Below are positions 60,780 to 64,000 of a DNA stretch of 64,000 nucleotides, piece after piece. The notes beneath the pieces are model-generated. The model was not told where the DNA came from. It made no database searches and saw only the letters and a program-made list of their open reading frames with translations. The position numbers and the translations under genes were made by a program. This DNA is from Azolla caroliniana (Eukaryota > Plantae > Polypodiophyta): assembly GCA_043228905.1 (NCBI GenBank), contig JBHGNT010000008.1:13020001-13084000 (forward strand), given 5' to 3'. The first letter of the stretch is position 1. Each line of letters opens with the position of its first letter.

Positions 60780-61259
60780 TTTTATTGGATAAAGATGTGG
60801 ACGGCGCAGATCGCACGTGGCCTGAGCTAAGTACCCCGCACTGTTCGAGAGGCCACGATTCCCTTGCCAAGCCCCATTATAATTTATTTGGGTGCAAATA
60901 GACACGACACATTACATGCATAAACATAACATATAACATATAACATGTTACATAACATAACATATGTAGATGCATATGTATGTAGACATAGACATAGACA
61001 TAGGCATATATGTATGTATGTATGTATATACATTGAACAGTGAACTGATTGATTGATCCATCAATCATCTCTGTCTCTTTCTCTGTCTCGCTTTGTGGGC
61101 GTGATCGTGATCGTGTAATTGGACCGCAGGGCAGGGGGCACACAAGGACACCGTGTCCACCATACAATTTCATAAAAAGACGGCGCGATCCATGCCCTCC
61201 ATCCATCCCATATCCCATCTCCCATCCATCGAAGAGGTCGTAGGTCAAGCTTTACGCTC
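60780..61259 (+). promoter_or_regulatory. Putative ENT promoter/5' UTR
   Basis: G-box CACGTG at 60814-60819, ACAT/TATG microsatellites and TATA-like CATAAAAAG at ~61171, all directly upstream of the ATG. Confidence 0.4.
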
Positions 61260-61878
61260 ATGGCGGTGGATGGAACAGTAGCAGCAGCAGCAGAAGAAGA
61301 AGAAGGAGGAGGAGGAGGAGGAGGAGGAGTAGGCATGAGATCCCGAGCAGAAGCTGAAGAAAAAGAAGAAGAAGAAGAAGAAGATGTAGTAGTAGGAGCA
61401 GTGGCAGCAGGAGCAGGAGCAGGAGCAGGAGTAGAGGATGCATGGAACGTGGCCTACTCCATCTACCTTCTGCTGGGGGCTGGATACCTTGTCCCCTGGA
61501 ATGCGTACATCACAGCCATCGATTACTTTGATCTCCTCTATCCGAACGGCCAGATCGGTCGTGCCTTCTCTATACTCTACATGATCCCCGCAGTGTTATC
61601 CATCCTCCTCTTAACCGTCTTGGGAAGGAATATCCCGTCACATATTCGAGTCAATGCAGGCCTCATTCTCTTCATCGCCATGCTTCTTCTTGTTCCTCTC
61701 ATGAATATCTTCTTCATCTCGGACAACACCGGCACTGCAGCCACTTATGGTGTCACCATGTTTGCGGTGGTAGTGAATGGCATTGCTGATGCCCTCGCTC
61801 AGGGAAGTATTGTTGGCAGTACTGGAGAACTCCCAGAACGCTACATGCAAGCTCTAATGATTGGTACAGCCATATCTG
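61260..61878 (+). CDS. ENT1: Exon 1 of an equilibrative nucleoside transporter (ENT1-like)
   Basis: AYSIYLLLGAGYLVPWNAYITAIDYFDLLYP and GIADALAQGSIVGSTGELPERYMQALMIGTAISG are plant ENT1 signatures. Phase-1 donor G|GTACGT at 61878/61879. Confidence 0.9.
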
Positions 61879-61941
61879 GTACGTCAAAATCTTAGTTTTT
61901 TCCAGTCCCCCTCCCTCTCCGATTATTTATTTATCTCTTGT

Positions 61942-61976
<35 letters not shown>

Positions 61977-62276
61977 AATTTGTCCTGATTCAATGTTGGA
62001 ACTGCCGAATCTGCTATTCCAGGTCCTATCTGTTCGCATTTACGGAAAACACACACAGAGTAAAACATTGTAGATACAAAGACACTATTAGGCAATAGAT
62101 CGTTCCATGCCTTCTGCATTAGAATCTGATCTAGCACACAAACAAACAAAAATCGACTCCATTCTCCCTGATGAGGGAAATTAGCTACTGTTTTTATTGC
62201 TTTTGGGTCCAATATGTCGTATTTGTTCTTCCTGGAAGAGTGATATATCTCTCAATTTCAAAACTTAGGGCCCACC

Positions 62277-63282
62277 TGTTGTAAGTCGGTGGAGCAGAGA
62301 ACCACAGTTCTTCTCAAAGGGTCTGAATGCAGAGACAGCAAATGAAGAGGAGAAACTCTGAGAGAGCAAGACATACATAGATGAGGGCGGCAATAGTTCT
62401 GCCCTACTTCATTTCAGCAGAGAAATTTTCCCCGAAAAAAGAGCACAGAACATTTTGGCCTTTCCACACTTTGTACATGTATCTATGTACATGTAACAAT
62501 CTCCCACTAAAAGGCCTAAACTAAGAGTACGAACAATAGAAGGTTGAACTATACAGGGCCTATACCTCCCACCTGATGGGCATGTTACATAGGCACTAGG
62601 TGATCCCCATCAAGTGACAACAATGCTCCAATGCATCTTGTGGTAAGGCCTTCATCAATGCATCTGCGGCATTTTCTCGAGAAACGACCTTCTCAAGGCT
62701 AATACAACCATTAGCTAAGCATTCCCGAATGAAATGGTATTGCACTCCAATGTGATTGGTCTTTGCATGATATACTGGGTTCTTAGCCAAAGCAATGGCA
62801 CTCTGACTATCACAAAACAATTTGGGTACATGTGGGGGTATACCTATATCATGAGCTAATCGAGAAAGCCATATTGCTTCCTTACATGCCTCATTGGCTG
62901 CAATATACTCTGCCTCTGTAGTTGACAATGCAACACATTCTTGAAGATGAGATCTCCGAGCAATGGCACCTACCATAATTTGAAAAATGTACCCTGAAGT
63001 AGATTTCCTACTATCAACACATCCAGCATAATCTGAATCTGTGTATCCGATGATAGAGACATTACCTCTACACAAACATAGACACTTATCTTTAGTGCCA
63101 CGCAAATATCTCAACATCTGACTTGACTGCATCCCAATGTTTCTTACCAGGATTTGACATAAATTGACTTATCGCTCCCACTGCAAATGCAATGTCTACT
63201 CTAGTAGCGACCATGGCATACATAAGACTACCAGTAGCAGATTGATAAGGAATCTTGGTCATGATTTAAAGGTAAAGAGGGA
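62277..63282 (-). mobile_element. Intronic Copia 3' end: LTR 62277-62498, PPT, RNase H/RT fragment
   Basis: TGTTG..TAACA followed by ATCTCCCACT. GYTDSDYAG, STTEAEY and KTNHIGVQYHF. Confidence 0.8.
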
Positions 63283-64000
63283 TGTTTGACGGATCAGCTA
63301 TTGAGAGATGACGTTCAGCAAACAGGACTGTAGTAGAGATAAGAGTAGAGACACACAGATCTTTGGTGTACCCAACCGCCTTGATTGGTACACAAGAAAA
63401 AAGAAGGTTATTATATTAGTTAACCTTACATAGAAAGTGGTGTGTTCACATTATAAAAGGAGGTGTCCTGTCCAGGTGAACAATGTGTTCACATATACGA
63501 ATAATTACCTAATTTGTGAACTACGGGCCTTTACACCTAACAACCTCCCACTTAAAGGTCCGATGTGAACATTCAAGTAACTCCCACTAGCTGTATGCAA
63601 TGCTCATGTTGAGCTTTGCCAAGACTTTTAGTGAGAATATCTGCAGGATTATCCTGTGTTTTGATCTTGGTCAATGTTACTAGACCATCCTCCAAAACTT
63701 GTCTGATAAAGTGATGTCGCACATCAATGTGTTTGGTGCGCGAATGAAACATGGCATTCTTAGCCAGATACACAGCACTCTGGCTATCACATCCTAACAC
63801 AGGAGTACTAACAGACATGCCAAGATCTTCACCAAGTCTACTGAGCCATATAGCTTCCTTTGAAGCTTCTGTAGCTGAAATATATTCAGCTTCAGTAGTA
63901 CTCAGTGCTACAATCTTTTGCAATTTGGAGCACCAAGACACTGCTCCACCAGCAACTGTAAATATATACCCGCTAGTAGACTTACGTGTATCCAAGTCAC
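63283..64000 (-). mobile_element. Second intronic Copia, apparently nested in the first: LTR 63283-63542, RNase H from 63573 to the window edge
   Basis: TGTTT..TAACA followed by ACCTCCCACT. STTEAEY, HSRTKHIDVRHHF and NPADILTK. Confidence 0.8.

Noticed and set aside
59840-60800. Short ORFs in the AT-rich spacer
   Set aside because: No motifs, splice structure or terminal repeats that I could support.
61061-61443. Poly-Leu and poly-Pro minus-strand ORFs
   Set aside because: They are the antisense reading of the ENT N-terminal trinucleotide repeats.

Overview
Eukaryotic land-plant genomic DNA, probably from a non-seed plant such as a fern or lycophyte (inferred from the Tcn1-type chromovirus and the FLDD-type non-chromovirus Gypsy lineage). 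About 59 kb is a nested retrotransposon pile. It holds Tnt1/Tork-like Copia elements (one intact, F), an Ale-like Copia, tRNA-Trp-primed Gypsy elements (one intact, G; one gag-only, H), a self-priming chromovirus and solo LTRs, with the right part inserted into a decayed L1-type LINE. The deepest stack is LINE > D > C > B > A > F > G. Some of its boundaries are confirmed by target-site duplications (TSDs), while others lost theirs to deletion. The only host gene is exon 1 of an ENT1-like equilibrative nucleoside transporter (61260-61878), whose intron carries two more Copia elements. Main observations: (1) an antisense tRNA-like A-box/B-box cassette with 43-44 nt spacing sits in the U3 of LTRs from two unrelated Gypsy lineages; (2) one Gypsy lineage makes 4-bp TSDs centred on CpG; (3) a covarying hairpin precedes the PPT in three families; (4) two -1 frameshift/pseudoknot cassettes; (5) a Tf1-type self-primer; (6) a Gag capsid swap between Tork subfamilies. 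All coordinates and counts were read by eye, and lineage names come from motif recognition, not database searches.
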